Shown: positions 17,911-27,937 of the stretch, piece after piece
How positions within the stretch are numbered: position 1 is the first letter of the stretch
Layout: every line of letters begins with the position of its first letter
Source: an uncultured Nitrososphaerota archaeon
GTDB taxonomy: Archaea; Korarchaeota; Korarchaeia; Korarchaeales; Korarchaeaceae
Direction of reading: 5' to 3'
Assembly: GCA_964594835.1 (NCBI GenBank)
Contig: CAZQNA010000003.1
Location: forward strand, 32,001 to 96,000
Length of the DNA stretch: 64,000 bases
Notes under the pieces: generated by a model
Database searches by the model: none
What the model was told of the DNA's origin: nothing
What the model saw: only the letters and a program-made list of their open reading frames with translations
Position numbers and translations under genes: made by a program

Positions 17911-19716
17911 ATGCCAGCCGTCGGTAGGAGCAGGCTCGAGGACGTGACCAAGATCCTGGTGGACGCGGCCATGGGCCGCGTCAAGGCCGACCTCGTCGTG
18001 AGGAATGGGAAGCTCGTCAACGTCTTCACGGGGGAGATCCTGGAGGGAGTAGACGTCGCGGTGAAGGGCGACAGGATAGCCCTAGTCGGGAGGGCCGACC
18101 ACACCATCGGCCCGGACACCCAGGTGATCGACGCCTCCGGGAAGTACGTCGTCCCGGGCTTCATGGACGGCCACGTGCACATAGAGAGCTCCATGCTGAC
18201 GGTCACGGGGTTCGCCAGGGCCGTCCTGCCCCATGGCACCACGGCCGTGTTCGCCGACCCCCACGAGATCGCGAACGTCCTCGGCCTGGACGGCGTGAGG
18301 CTGATGCTCGAGGAGTCCAGGGGCGTCCCCCTGAAGGTGTTCATCACCCTCCCGTCCTGCGTGCCGGCCACGAGCCCGGAGTTCGAGACGGCCGGGGCCG
18401 AGATCACCCCGAGAGACGTGGAGGAGGCCATGGGGTGGGAGGGCGTCATCGCCCTGGGCGAGGTGATGAACTACCCTGGCGTCCTGGCCGGAGACGACAA
18501 GATGCACGGGGAGATCGCGGCGACTCTCAGGGCGGGGAAGGTGGTCGAGGGGCACTTCTACGGAAACCTGGAGGAGGAGCTCAGCGCGTACGCCGCGGCC
18601 GGGATCTCGTCGTGCCACGAGTCCACTACGAAGGAGGCGGGGCTGGCGAAGGCCAGGGTCGGTATCTACACCATGATCAGGGAGGGCTCGGCCTGGAGGG
18701 ACCTGTCGGAGGTCATAAGGGCGGTGACCGAGACCAGGATCGACACCAGGAGGTTCTGCCTGGTCAGCGACGACCGGCACCCCGAGCACCTGATCTCCGA
18801 GGGGCACATGGATCACATAGTCAGGAGGGCCGTCGAGGAGGGCCTCGACCCGATCACGGCCATCCAGATGGCCACGCTGAACACGGCAGAGCACTTCCGC
18901 GTCGATCAGGATCTCGGCGCCGTCGCGCCCGGGAGGTACGCGGACATGCTGCTCCTGAAGTCGCTCAGCAGGGTCGAGGTGGACACGGTCATAGCGGACG
19001 GGAGGGTCGTCGCCAGGGGGGGCAGGCTCACGGTGGAGATCCCGACCCCAGAGTACCCGGACTTCGCAAAGAACACGGTCAGGCTCCCCAGGCCGGTCGA
19101 GCCCGGGGACTTCGAGGTGTCGGCCCCCGTCCTCGAGGGGACCGCCAGGGCGAGGGTGATCCAGGTTCAGGAGGCCAGCGTACTCACCAGGGAGGTGGTC
19201 ATGGACGTTCCCGTGTCCGCCGGCAAGGCGCAGGCGGACCCGGAGGCGGACCTCGCCAAGGTGGCCGTGATCGAGAGGCACAGGGGGACGGGCGGGAGGT
19301 CGGTGGGGTTCGTCACCGGGTTCGGGTTCCGGCGGGGCGCGGTCGCGTCGACGGTGGCCCACGACAGCCACAACCTCTTGGTCGTCGGGGTCAGCGACGG
19401 GGACATGGCCAGGGCGGCCAACGCACTCAGGGAGGTGGGCGGCGGGATGGTGGCCGTGGCAGACGGGCGGGTCCTGGGGATGGTTGAGCTCCCCATAGCC
19501 GGCCTCCTGTCCGACGAGCCGGTCGAGGGGGTGGCCGAGAAGGTAGCCGGCCTGGCCGGGGCGTGGAGGGAGCTCGGGTGCGAGATGGTCTACCCGTTCA
19601 TGACCATGGCCCTCCTGGCCCTTCCCGTAATACCCGAGCTCAGGATAACCGACAGGGGCCTGGTGGACGTCACGAGGTTCAAGATGGTGGAGCTGTTCCC
19701 GGGCGGCGGGGGATGA
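17911..19716 (+). CDS. ade: Adenine deaminase
   Basis: PGFMDGHVHIESS, DPHEIANVLG, LGEVMNYPG, HE, REGSA, SDDRHP, STVAHDSHN. Confidence 0.95.
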   Translation: MPAVGRSRLEDVTKILVDAAMGRVKADLVVRNGKLVNVFTGEILEGVDVAVKGDRIALVGRADHTIGPDTQVIDASGKYVVPGFMDGHVHIESSMLTVTGFARAVLPHGTTAVFADPHEIANVLGLDGVRLMLEESRGVPLKVFITLPSCVPATSPEFETAGAEITPRDVEEAMGWEGVIALGEVMNYPGVLAGDDKMHGEIAATLRAGKVVEGHFYGNLEEELSAYAAAGISSCHESTTKEAGLAKARVGIYTMIREGSAWRDLSEVIRAVTETRIDTRRFCLVSDDRHPEHLISEGHMDHIVRRAVEEGLDPITAIQMATLNTAEHFRVDQDLGAVAPGRYADMLLLKSLSRVEVDTVIADGRVVARGGRLTVEIPTPEYPDFAKNTVRLPRPVEPGDFEVSAPVLEGTARARVIQVQEASVLTREVVMDVPVSAGKAQADPEADLAKVAVIERHRGTGGRSVGFVTGFGFRRGAVASTVAHDSHNLLVVGVSDGDMARAANALREVGGGMVAVADGRVLGMVELPIAGLLSDEPVEGVAEKVAGLAGAWRELGCEMVYPFMTMALLALPVIPELRITDRGLVDVTRFKMVELFPGGGG

Positions 19717-19772
19717 GGGCCCCTCCCGCCGCTCCCCTTTTTTACCCCCGGCCGGGGGTCGGTGTTGAAGAG

Positions 19773-20915
19773 ATGGACGCGAACGTGGCGCGGCTCGCGA
19801 TCACGATAGCCGCGAGGAGCCTCAAGAGGAGGAGATTCCGATCCGCCCTCACCCTGCTAGGCGTCGCCGTGGGCATGAGCACGGTAGTGGCCCTCACGTC
19901 GGTCGCCCTCGGCGCGAGGGAGGCCGCGGTGGGCGTGCTCACCCAGACCACGGACTTCATGGTCATGCCCAGGGGCGGCTCCGAGTTCCAGGCGGAGCTC
20001 CCGGAGAGCCTGGTGAAGCACATCAAGCTCTACCCCGAGGTGGAGATGGCCGGGCCCGTCCTGTCTCAGATGCTGTTCCTCGAGAAGGAGCCGGCATGGG
20101 CGATGGGCGTGACGGACGAGTCGGCCGACATAACCAGGCTCTCCCTGGTGGAGGGGAGGAGAGTCGAGGAGCCGGGGGAGATCGTGGTCGGCTACACCCT
20201 CGCCCAGGACCTGGGGATAAAGGTGGGGGACGTCCTGAGGCTGAGCGTGTCGCTCGACGAGCCCGGAAAGCCCATGAAGGTGGTCGGCATCCTGGAGCCG
20301 ACGGGCGGCGTCACCGACATGGCGGTCTACCTTAGCCTAAGCGAGCTGCAGGAGATGGTGGGGAAGCAGGGCAGGATATCCTTCATCATGATCAGGCTCA
20401 AGGACCCGAGGGTGGCCGACGAGTTCAAGGAGAGGGTGGAGGAGAGGTACCCGGACCTGGAGGTCTACGACACCAAGCAGATCGCCGAGAATGTCGGCAG
20501 GGTTCTCGACATGATGAACAGCCTCATCCTGGCGATCGGCGGGATATCGCTCCTCGTGGGTGGGCTCGGGGTCATGAACACCACGATGGTCAGCGTCCTG
20601 GAGAGGACCAGGGAGATAGGCGTCATGAAGGCCATCGGCGCCAAGAGGTCCCACATCCTTACGATCTTCCTCATGGAGTCCTTCATCCTGGGCGTCATGG
20701 GCGGGGTCATAGGTGTTGCGGGGGGTGTGGTCCTGGCCAAGCTCGCCAGTACCCTGATACCCAAGATGGTCGGCTTTCCGCTCCCGGCCAAGCTGACCTG
20801 GTGGCTGGTGGTGAGCCCGGTATTCTTCGCCGGTCTCCTGGGGGTGATCGCGGGCTTCTACCCCTCGTGGAGGGGCGCGAGCGTCAGGCCGATGGAGGCG
20901 ATAAGGTATGAGTGA
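19773..20915 (+). CDS. ABC transporter permease, MacB/FtsX family
   Basis: RSALTLLGVAVG, periplasmic-type domain, GVMNTTMVSVLERTREIGVMKAIGA, YPSWR...PMEAIRYE; start ATG 19773. Confidence 0.93.
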   Translation: MDANVARLAITIAARSLKRRRFRSALTLLGVAVGMSTVVALTSVALGAREAAVGVLTQTTDFMVMPRGGSEFQAELPESLVKHIKLYPEVEMAGPVLSQMLFLEKEPAWAMGVTDESADITRLSLVEGRRVEEPGEIVVGYTLAQDLGIKVGDVLRLSVSLDEPGKPMKVVGILEPTGGVTDMAVYLSLSELQEMVGKQGRISFIMIRLKDPRVADEFKERVEERYPDLEVYDTKQIAENVGRVLDMMNSLILAIGGISLLVGGLGVMNTTMVSVLERTREIGVMKAIGAKRSHILTIFLMESFILGVMGGVIGVAGGVVLAKLASTLIPKMVGFPLPAKLTWWLVVSPVFFAGLLGVIAGFYPSWRGASVRPMEAIRYE

Positions 20916-21804
20916 CTGGGAGGGTCCGGCGGCCGTCGAGCTGAGGGAGGTCAGCAAGGTCTACATGGTCGGGAGCCAGGAGGTCAGGGCCCTCGACAGG
21001 GTGAGCCTCAGGATAGACAGGGGGGAGTTCATCTCGGTGATGGGGCCCTCCGGATCCGGGAAGACTACCCTGCTCAGCGTCATGGGCTGCCTCATAAGGC
21101 CGTCCAGCGGCAGGATCCTGATAGGGGGAGAGGACGTCACCGACTTGGACGAGGACAGGCTGGCCGTGTTCAGGGCGAAGAAGATAGGGTTCGTCTTCCA
21201 GTTCTTCAACCTGATCTCCACCCTCACGGCCCTGGAGAACGTCATGCTGCCCATGGTGTTCGCCGGCGACATCCCAAGCTGGGAGATGAAGGCGAGGGCC
21301 ATGGAGCTCCTTGAGGCCGTCGGGCTGTCGGACAGGGCGAATCACAGGCCCCTAGAGCTCTCGGGAGGGCAGCAGCAGAGGGTGGCCATAGCCAGGGCCC
21401 TGGCCAACGACCCCGAGATCGTCCTCGCCGACGAGCCCACGGGAAACCTCGACAGCCACACCGGCTCCGAGATCATGGACCTCATGGAGCAGCTCAACAG
21501 GGAGCTGGGCAAGACGTTCGTCATAGTGACCCACGACCCGGCCGTGGCCAGGAGGACGAAGAAGATACTCTACATGAAGGACGGCCGCCTCTACGACCGG
21601 CCCCCGGAGGAGGCCGAGAGGAGGAGGGTGGCGAGCAGGGACGAGAGGGTGGAGGTGCTCAGGCGCCTCCTGGGGGAGGTGAGGAGGCTGAGGTCTGAGG
21701 CTCAGGTCGTGTCCCCCGGGATGGGCCTGGGGGAGCTGGAGGACCTGGCCGTCGGGCTGAGGATGGGTATTGCTAGGATAAGGAGGGAGTTGAGCAGGGT
21801 ATGA
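20908..21804 (+). CDS. ABC transporter ATP-binding subunit (LolD/MacB type) with C-terminal helical extension
   Basis: GPSGSGKTT, GFVFQFFNL, LSGGQQQRVAIARAL, ADEPTGNLD, VTHD; about 65 extra residues. Confidence 0.93.
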   Translation: MSDWEGPAAVELREVSKVYMVGSQEVRALDRVSLRIDRGEFISVMGPSGSGKTTLLSVMGCLIRPSSGRILIGGEDVTDLDEDRLAVFRAKKIGFVFQFFNLISTLTALENVMLPMVFAGDIPSWEMKARAMELLEAVGLSDRANHRPLELSGGQQQRVAIARALANDPEIVLADEPTGNLDSHTGSEIMDLMEQLNRELGKTFVIVTHDPAVARRTKKILYMKDGRLYDRPPEEAERRRVASRDERVEVLRRLLGEVRRLRSEAQVVSPGMGLGELEDLAVGLRMGIARIRRELSRV

Positions 21805-24077
21805 GGGGCTTGAGACTTATGGGGGACCGCGGACGCGCCTCCCGGGCACAGGCCGTCCTCCTCACGCTGATCGCGCTTGTTCAGGCCACCGCGGTCAACG
21901 CTGGCCCGGGCGCCGTGGAGGGATCGAAGTCGCAGACCGTCTACTACAAGGTGGACCCGGCGGGTGTGGTGTCCGAGGGGTCAGTGGAGGTCCTCATCCG
22001 AATGAGCTCGCCCACCGGGGAAAAGGTAGTCGGGAGCCTGGTGGACAGGGTCCAGCTGGTAGACCCGGGGACCATCTCGCCGCTCCTGGGGACCCCGGGG
22101 CCCTCCTCCATAGAGGACTTCTACGGCCACCAGATACTCGTGTGGCCCGAGGTCAGCGTGGAGCTGGGGGACTCCGAGTTCAGGTACACGGCCCAGACCT
22201 CCGCCCCGCCCCCCCTCCTCGTGAACGTCACCCTCTCGGTTAACGGTGTGCCCGTCTCTCCGGTGGAGCTTGAGGGCGGGTGGTACGTCGAGGTCGACCC
22301 GGGGGACGAGTTCAACCTGACGTTCAGGGTGGAGAACCTGAGGCCCACCGTGAGGACGGACATCAGCTACGGGAAGCCCCCCGTGATGTACACCGTCCAG
22401 GTCAGCCTGTCAAAGTCCCACTTCTCCGAGCCTTCGGGCCACCCCGCCCCCTCCATGGTGTTTCCTACCTCCGACGAGTGGGTGCTCTCGTGGGTCGGCG
22501 TGCTGTGGGACGAGCCGGAGAACGTGACGGTCTCCGCTAGGGTGAGGGTCTCGGCCCCTGAGGGCTTCTTGGACATGCCCTCTATCACGGTCCAGGCCAG
22601 CTACGACGTCTCACCAGTCGTCGAGCAGCTGGAGTCGGCGAGGGACAGCCTGGACGAGATAATAGAGTCCCTCGAGCAGATGAACGACTCCATGGCCCAG
22701 ATGGTCGAGGGCATGGAGGAGCTTTCCTTCTGGCTAGGAGAGGCTCGCTCCAGGCTTAGTGAGGCAGAGGACGGGCTGTACAAGCTCGCGGACGCGCTGG
22801 AGGAGGCTGGGAGGCTCAGCGGGGAGGCGGCCGAGGAGGTGGACCGGGCGGCCGAGGAGGTGGACCACGCCCTTGGGGACGCCAGGTCCGCGCTGGCCGT
22901 GGTGTCGGACCTCAGGCGCAGGGTGGAGGAGTTCCAGGAGTCGTATCAGAACCTCACCTCCGCCATCCGAGACCTGCTGGAGGACCTCAACGTGAGCCTC
23001 CCTGGTCCCCCGCCACAGGGCGGCGTCCTCGCCGCGATAGAGGCGGCGGAGTCGCAGATAGAGTCGGTCCTGAGGAGGGGGGACCAGATCGTCAATTCCA
23101 TGACCGGCCTCGCCTGGGCCATGAGGAACGCCAGCACCTCCTTCGAGTCGGCCGCCGAGATGGCCAGGTCCTCGGCCAAGGACGTCGAGTCCCTCTCCGA
23201 GGCCCTGAGCTTCGCCCAGTCCGCGGCTGACAGGGGGGCCGAGTCGGCCCGAGAGGGGCTTGACGACCTTCAGGAGAGGCTGAAGGATGCCAGATCCCAG
23301 AGGGAGGAGATCCTGCTGAAGATCTCGCTGGCCAAGTCTCCCTGGATCGGCGCCGGAGTGGCGGAGTTCACATCCGGGGGCTCTACGGCGAGGGTGGACC
23401 CCGTGTCGAGCGAGCTCAACGGCAGTTGGGTGACCTGGGCGGTCTCGGCCCTCGGATCCAGCGGGACCGCCGCCGGGGTCGCCGTCCACCTCCAGCAGGG
23501 GGACAGAGCGACCGTGCTGATGCTGGGCCCGGGCGGGTGGGGGGAGGTGAGCCCCGGGGAGCTCGTTCGATACGGGATAGTGTACGACGAGGGAGACTCC
23601 GTCCTGTATCTCCCGGGCCCGCTCAACCTCTCGGCGGACGGCCCGACCAACCTGACGGTCCAGGGAATACCGGTCAGCGTATCCTCCTCCAGGCCTCCAG
23701 CCTACGCCGAGGTGGACCTCGTCTCTGGCCAGCGGCTTGAGGTCGAGAGGAGGGTCATACTGAAGGTGAGCCTCCCGACGCTTGCCGTTGGAATACCCGT
23801 GACGCCCCGCGAGGAAGGGACCCCGGAGACCGCCCCGCCTGAGGCGGCGGGGAGGTCTCGTCCCCAGGTGTGGCCCTTCGCCCTCGGCGCGGCCGCCGTG
23901 GCCGCGGCGGTGATGGCCCTCCGCCTTGCCCAGCAGAGGGCCGAGGAGCGCAGGGTCCTCCTCGCCAGGATAGGGGAGATGGTCTCCCAGCTCGAGGAGT
24001 TGGAGGAGGACATAGTTGACAGGCTCCGGGAGCTTGGGGAGGATGGCGGAGAAGGTGTGGTCGGGGCGGGAGAGTGA
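21801..24077 (+). CDS. Large secreted/membrane-anchored protein with long central coiled coil
   Basis: Signal-like N-terminus, beta-rich domain, about 240-aa heptad-rich region (LESARDSLDEIIESLEQMNDSMAQM...), beta domain, TM, short cytoplasmic coiled coil; ATGA overlap with the ATPase. Confidence 0.75.
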   Translation: MRGLRLMGDRGRASRAQAVLLTLIALVQATAVNAGPGAVEGSKSQTVYYKVDPAGVVSEGSVEVLIRMSSPTGEKVVGSLVDRVQLVDPGTISPLLGTPGPSSIEDFYGHQILVWPEVSVELGDSEFRYTAQTSAPPPLLVNVTLSVNGVPVSPVELEGGWYVEVDPGDEFNLTFRVENLRPTVRTDISYGKPPVMYTVQVSLSKSHFSEPSGHPAPSMVFPTSDEWVLSWVGVLWDEPENVTVSARVRVSAPEGFLDMPSITVQASYDVSPVVEQLESARDSLDEIIESLEQMNDSMAQMVEGMEELSFWLGEARSRLSEAEDGLYKLADALEEAGRLSGEAAEEVDRAAEEVDHALGDARSALAVVSDLRRRVEEFQESYQNLTSAIRDLLEDLNVSLPGPPPQGGVLAAIEAAESQIESVLRRGDQIVNSMTGLAWAMRNASTSFESAAEMARSSAKDVESLSEALSFAQSAADRGAESAREGLDDLQERLKDARSQREEILLKISLAKSPWIGAGVAEFTSGGSTARVDPVSSELNGSWVTWAVSALGSSGTAAGVAVHLQQGDRATVLMLGPGGWGEVSPGELVRYGIVYDEGDSVLYLPGPLNLSADGPTNLTVQGIPVSVSSSRPPAYAEVDLVSGQRLEVERRVILKVSLPTLAVGIPVTPREEGTPETAPPEAAGRSRPQVWPFALGAAAVAAAVMALRLAQQRAEERRVLLARIGEMVSQLEELEEDIVDRLRELGEDGGEGVVGAGE

Positions 24078-24107
24078 GGTTAATTCTTTTAGCATGCGGC
24101 GCTGCTT

Positions 24108-24485
24108 GTGGCCCTGGGCCCCGGTGAGAGCTTGGGAGACGTCGAGGAGTCGCGGCGCAGGGCGGTCGAGCAGCTCCTCGCTTTCGGCTTCGCCTCCAGT
24201 GGGTGGGCCACCTTCGAGGTCCTGGCGAGCTTGATGACCAGGAAGCTGAGGGGTGACTGGAGGGAGCAGTTCTACCGCAGCCCCAAGAGGTTCTTCAGGG
24301 CGCTGGTGGAGTCTCTCGGCGGGGACACGATGGCCTACATGGTCCTGAGGATCGCGACGAAGAGGCTCAGGGAGATGGGGATAGACGTGAACGGTTCCGA
24401 GATATACGACGCGCTCAGGAAGGGCGACTCGGCCAGGCTGGTCAGGCTGGTCGACCAGCTCGCCGTCGCCCTCGGCTTCATCTGA
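24108..24485 (+). CDS. Small helical protein, possibly DUF3227/NitrOD5-like
   Basis: FYRSPKRFFRALVESLGGDTMAYMVLRI resembles the P..F..AL...G...A pattern; from memory. Confidence 0.5.
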   Translation: MALGPGESLGDVEESRRRAVEQLLAFGFASSGWATFEVLASLMTRKLRGDWREQFYRSPKRFFRALVESLGGDTMAYMVLRIATKRLREMGIDVNGSEIYDALRKGDSARLVRLVDQLAVALGFI

Positions 24486-24489
24486 GGCC

Positions 24490-25158
24490 TCAGGCCACGA
24501 TCATGTCTATCTTGACGGCCTCGGGACCCTCGTCCTTCGGGAGCAGGGAGACCATTATCTGGGGCTTCGCCGCCCCGAAGTACCTCCTGAGGAACCTCTC
24601 AAAGGCCGAGCCCAGCTCCGGGTCGCTCGCCCTCACGTTGACGCTCACGACCTCCTTCTTGAGGATCTTCATCTGGGTGAAGAACTGGTCGAGGGTGCTC
24701 CTCAGGTCGGCGACCTTCTCCATTATCGTCTCCCCAGCCGGGGTGAACCCCTCCAGTATCAGGATCCCTCCCTCCGTCCGGACCTCGGCCCCCTTCTCAA
24801 CCCTGAGCATCTCTAGGAAGACCCTCTCCTGTATGAGCCTCCTCCTCCTCTCCTCGATTCTCTTCTCTATCTCCCTCTCCCCCAGCATGCTGCCGATCTT
24901 GGAGAAGATGGGATACAGGCTCACCGTGACTATGCCCCAGACGGCGAAGCTCTTCCAAAGCAGCCCCTTGACCTGCTCGAAGCTCGGGAGGGTCTCAGGC
25001 CTGTTGACCCAGCCGATCATGACGTACAGAAGGTAGGCGAGCCAGATCCCTGTGGTGAGGGCCATTCCCACCTGGACTAGGATCGTCCTGTACTTCTCCT
25101 TCGTCCTCTCCAGAAGCTCGATCCTGTCAAGAGCCCCCTCAAAGGTCTCCAGCGACAT
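24490..25158 (-). CDS. Two-TM membrane protein with soluble C-terminal domain
   Basis: Start ATG 25158 (MSLETFEGAL); two TM helices, coiled segment, alpha/beta tail. Confidence 0.7.
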   Translation of the reverse strand: MSLETFEGALDRIELLERTKEKYRTILVQVGMALTTGIWLAYLLYVMIGWVNRPETLPSFEQVKGLLWKSFAVWGIVTVSLYPIFSKIGSMLGEREIEKRIEERRRRLIQERVFLEMLRVEKGAEVRTEGGILILEGFTPAGETIMEKVADLRSTLDQFFTQMKILKKEVVSVNVRASDPELGSAFERFLRRYFGAAKPQIMVSLLPKDEGPEAVKIDMIVA

Positions 25159-25196
25159 GTCGAGTCTTAACCCTGAGCGGCAGTTATAACCTTCCC

Positions 25197-26456
25197 GTGC
25201 CCCGGCGGAGGGTGTCGAGGCTGAAGCTCCTGGCGGTCGCCTCTCCCCTCGATCCCGGACTCGAGGCCTCACTGAGAGGTGCAGCCTTCTCCCTCCTGTC
25301 GTCTGCCGAGTCCCGCGGGGTGGAGGTGGAGTTTCTTGGGCTGAAGAGGAGGCTGGACGAGGAGCCATCGGCCGGCGAGGGGGACCTGGCCCTAGCCGTC
25401 ATGACCGGAGGCACCGAGGCCATGGTCCTGAGGGTCGCCCGGGCCTGGGACGGAGGTGTGGCCCTCCTTGCCACCCCCGTCGCCAACTCCCTAGCCGCCT
25501 CGCTGGAGGCCGCGGCGGCCCTCAGGGCAGAGGGGCGACTCGTCAGGGTGGTGAAGTCAGAGTCCTGGTCCGACGTCCGCTGGGATGCGGTCCTGTCATC
25601 GATCAGGGCCTCGAGAGCCGTTCAGACCCTGACGAGGGCGAGGTTCGCCCTGGTCGGGCCGCCGTCGGACTGGCTGGTGGCGAGCCCGGCCACCCTGGGC
25701 CTACTGGCCGAAAGGGGCGCCAGGCTGGACGAGGTCCCGATGGACGACCTGATGGGAGCCCTCAAGGAGGCCCAGGCGGATCCGCGAGAGGTGGAGGAGG
25801 TCCTCTCAGGCGCCAGGGACTCGGCGGTCAGAGGTGAGGACGTCGAGAGGGCCCTCAGGGTCAAGGTCGCCCTCCAGCGCCTGATCAGGTCCCGGGGATA
25901 CCTCGGCGTCACCGTCAGGTGCTTCGACCTGATACCCGCGGGCATGACGGCCTGCCTGGCGGCCGCCCTGCTGAACGACGCCCACACGATCGTGGGGTGC
26001 GAGGGCGACGTGCCCGCCATGGTCTCCATGGCCCTCCTGGCCGCCCTGTCCGGGTCGCCCGCCTGGATGGCCAACACCACAGACGTAGGTCGGGACTTCG
26101 TCCTGCTCTCCCACTGCACCTTCCCCCTGGGGCTGGCCAGGGGATACTCTCTCAAGACTCACTTCGAGTCGGGGATCAGCGTAGGGGTGGACGCGGAGCT
26201 CCCAGAGGGAGAGAAGGTCACCCTCGCCAGGGTGGACCCGGCTGGGCGCAGGGCCACAGTTGGGTCCGGGGTGGTGAGGGAGTCCTCCATGGGCAGGGAG
26301 GGCATGTGCCGGACTCAGGTTCTGGTCGAACTGCCGAGGGCTGACAGGCTCCTCTCGCTCCCGGTGGGCAACCACTTCGCCCTCACGAGGGGAGACCTGG
26401 CAGACGAAGCCAGCGAGGTTCTCGAGTTCCTAGGGTTCTCGGTGTCCCGCCTATAG
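25197..26456 (+). CDS. L-fucose/D-arabinose isomerase-like protein
   Basis: MTGGTE, VTVRCF, ACLA, GCEGD, WMAN, SHCT, LKTHFESG, CRTQ, GNH motifs of the FucI-like family. Confidence 0.8.
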   Translation: MPRRRVSRLKLLAVASPLDPGLEASLRGAAFSLLSSAESRGVEVEFLGLKRRLDEEPSAGEGDLALAVMTGGTEAMVLRVARAWDGGVALLATPVANSLAASLEAAAALRAEGRLVRVVKSESWSDVRWDAVLSSIRASRAVQTLTRARFALVGPPSDWLVASPATLGLLAERGARLDEVPMDDLMGALKEAQADPREVEEVLSGARDSAVRGEDVERALRVKVALQRLIRSRGYLGVTVRCFDLIPAGMTACLAAALLNDAHTIVGCEGDVPAMVSMALLAALSGSPAWMANTTDVGRDFVLLSHCTFPLGLARGYSLKTHFESGISVGVDAELPEGEKVTLARVDPAGRRATVGSGVVRESSMGREGMCRTQVLVELPRADRLLSLPVGNHFALTRGDLADEASEVLEFLGFSVSRL

Positions 26457-26939
26457 GTCCCAGTCCTCGGCTCCAGCCTCGGCCTCGGCGCCGGACTCGG
26501 ACTCGCCCCTGGACTGGCCCCGTCTCTGAGGGCGGGAGGACTCGGTCCTCCCCTCGCTCCCCCTCTTCAGGAGTTCCTGAATCTCCTCCTCGAGCCTCCG
26601 GGTCGCCCTGCTCAGGGCGAGGACCTCGACGGCCAGCCTCTCCTCCTCCTCTATCAAGCTCTCCTCAGCCAGATCCACCGTGAGCTTGACCAGGGCCCCC
26701 ATTCCACCGAGCACGGCAAACAGGGCCATGAACGCGAACATGAGGGTGGGCCTGAGCAGCCACCTGGCCACCTCCTGAACCGACGGCGGCCCCATCAAGG
26801 AGAAGGGAATGAACGGCTCGAGCACGTCCGCGAGGGGATTCGCCAGGAGGAACCCGACGAGAAGTCCCAGCAGCGCCCAGCTGATAATCAGGAAGGCTAT
26901 CCTGACTGCCGTCAGGTAGGCCTTGTCCCACCCGACCAT
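26451..26939 (-). CDS. Two-TM membrane protein with coiled-coil tail
   Basis: Two hydrophobic helices followed by a Glu-rich heptad segment. Confidence 0.65.
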   Translation of the reverse strand: MVGWDKAYLTAVRIAFLIISWALLGLLVGFLLANPLADVLEPFIPFSLMGPPSVQEVARWLLRPTLMFAFMALFAVLGGMGALVKLTVDLAEESLIEEEERLAVEVLALSRATRRLEEEIQELLKRGSEGRTESSRPQRRGQSRGESESGAEAEAGAEDWDL

Positions 26940-27016
26940 CTCAAATCTGGCTGCCCTCCCGCCAATTTTAATAAAGAGGTTCTACGTCTGTCCCACCGCG
27001 TTCCTGATAAGTTGGA

Positions 27017-27907
27017 CTATACGTGGAGCCTCCAGTGAACCCCCCTCTCGTCCGCGACCGCCTCCGCAAGGCCCTCATCGACCAGGTGAGACAGCATGGA
27101 CCTCAGAGTCACGCACGCGAGTATCACGGAGGAGGGCGTGACATCCGCCCCTCCGCGCCTGAGGACCCTGGCGGCCAGCTCCTCCACGCCGAGGGCTCTT
27201 CCCGAGGATGCCTCTCTGGCTAGGCGCGGGAGGTCCTCGAGGGCCCTGAGGTTGGCCTCTATCAGCTCCAGGGCCCTGCCGCCTGAGACGACGGGGCCGT
27301 GGGAGGGCACGACCTTCCTGAACGAGTCGACCTGGCCCTCCAGCTCTCGGAGGGTCTCCAGCGCCCGGGCGTAGTCCTGGTGGTAAGGGACGGCGACCGA
27401 CCTCATGAGCCTGTCTCCGAAGAGGCAGTCTCCCGCGTAGAGGACGCCCGACGGGGCGAGGTAGCTGACGTGGCCGAAGGAGTGCCCGGGCGTCGGGAGG
27501 GCCTGGAGGCCTGCCACCTCCGCGGGGGGCCTGAAGGTCTCGTGGACCCTGGCCGGGAGGGCCTGCAGGGAGTGGATGAAGTCCGAGGGAGGCCTGCCGC
27601 CAAAGGTGAGGGAACCTCTCAGCTCGGGGCTCTCTGCCGCGCAGGCCTCCAGCCTGGGGGCGATCACCCGCGCCCCGGTGGCCTCGGCGAGGCCGTCCAC
27701 GGCCGCGACGTGGTCCGAGTGAGAGTGGGTGAGCGCCACGGTCGTCTCCCCGCCCGTCAGACCAGAGACGAGCCGCGCCAGCTCCCTCGACCTCTCGGCG
27801 GGGTATCCCGGGTCCACTACCGTGATCCCGAAGTCGGTGGGAACCAGCAGCGTCGAGGGAGACCCCGGCAGGAGGAGCAGCCCCTCCCCCAGCTTCCTGA
27901 TCTTCAC
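27017..27907 (-). CDS. MBL-fold metallo-hydrolase
   Basis: VVDPG, LTHSHSDHV, TPGHSFGH, YAGD, VPSHG; C-terminal wHTH-like tail. Confidence 0.9.
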   Translation of the reverse strand: MKIRKLGEGLLLLPGSPSTLLVPTDFGITVVDPGYPAERSRELARLVSGLTGGETTVALTHSHSDHVAAVDGLAEATGARVIAPRLEACAAESPELRGSLTFGGRPPSDFIHSLQALPARVHETFRPPAEVAGLQALPTPGHSFGHVSYLAPSGVLYAGDCLFGDRLMRSVAVPYHQDYARALETLRELEGQVDSFRKVVPSHGPVVSGGRALELIEANLRALEDLPRLAREASSGRALGVEELAARVLRRGGADVTPSSVILACVTLRSMLSHLVDEGLAEAVADERGVHWRLHV

Positions 27908-27937
27908 CCCCCTTCTCCTCGAGGGTCAGCTTTTACC

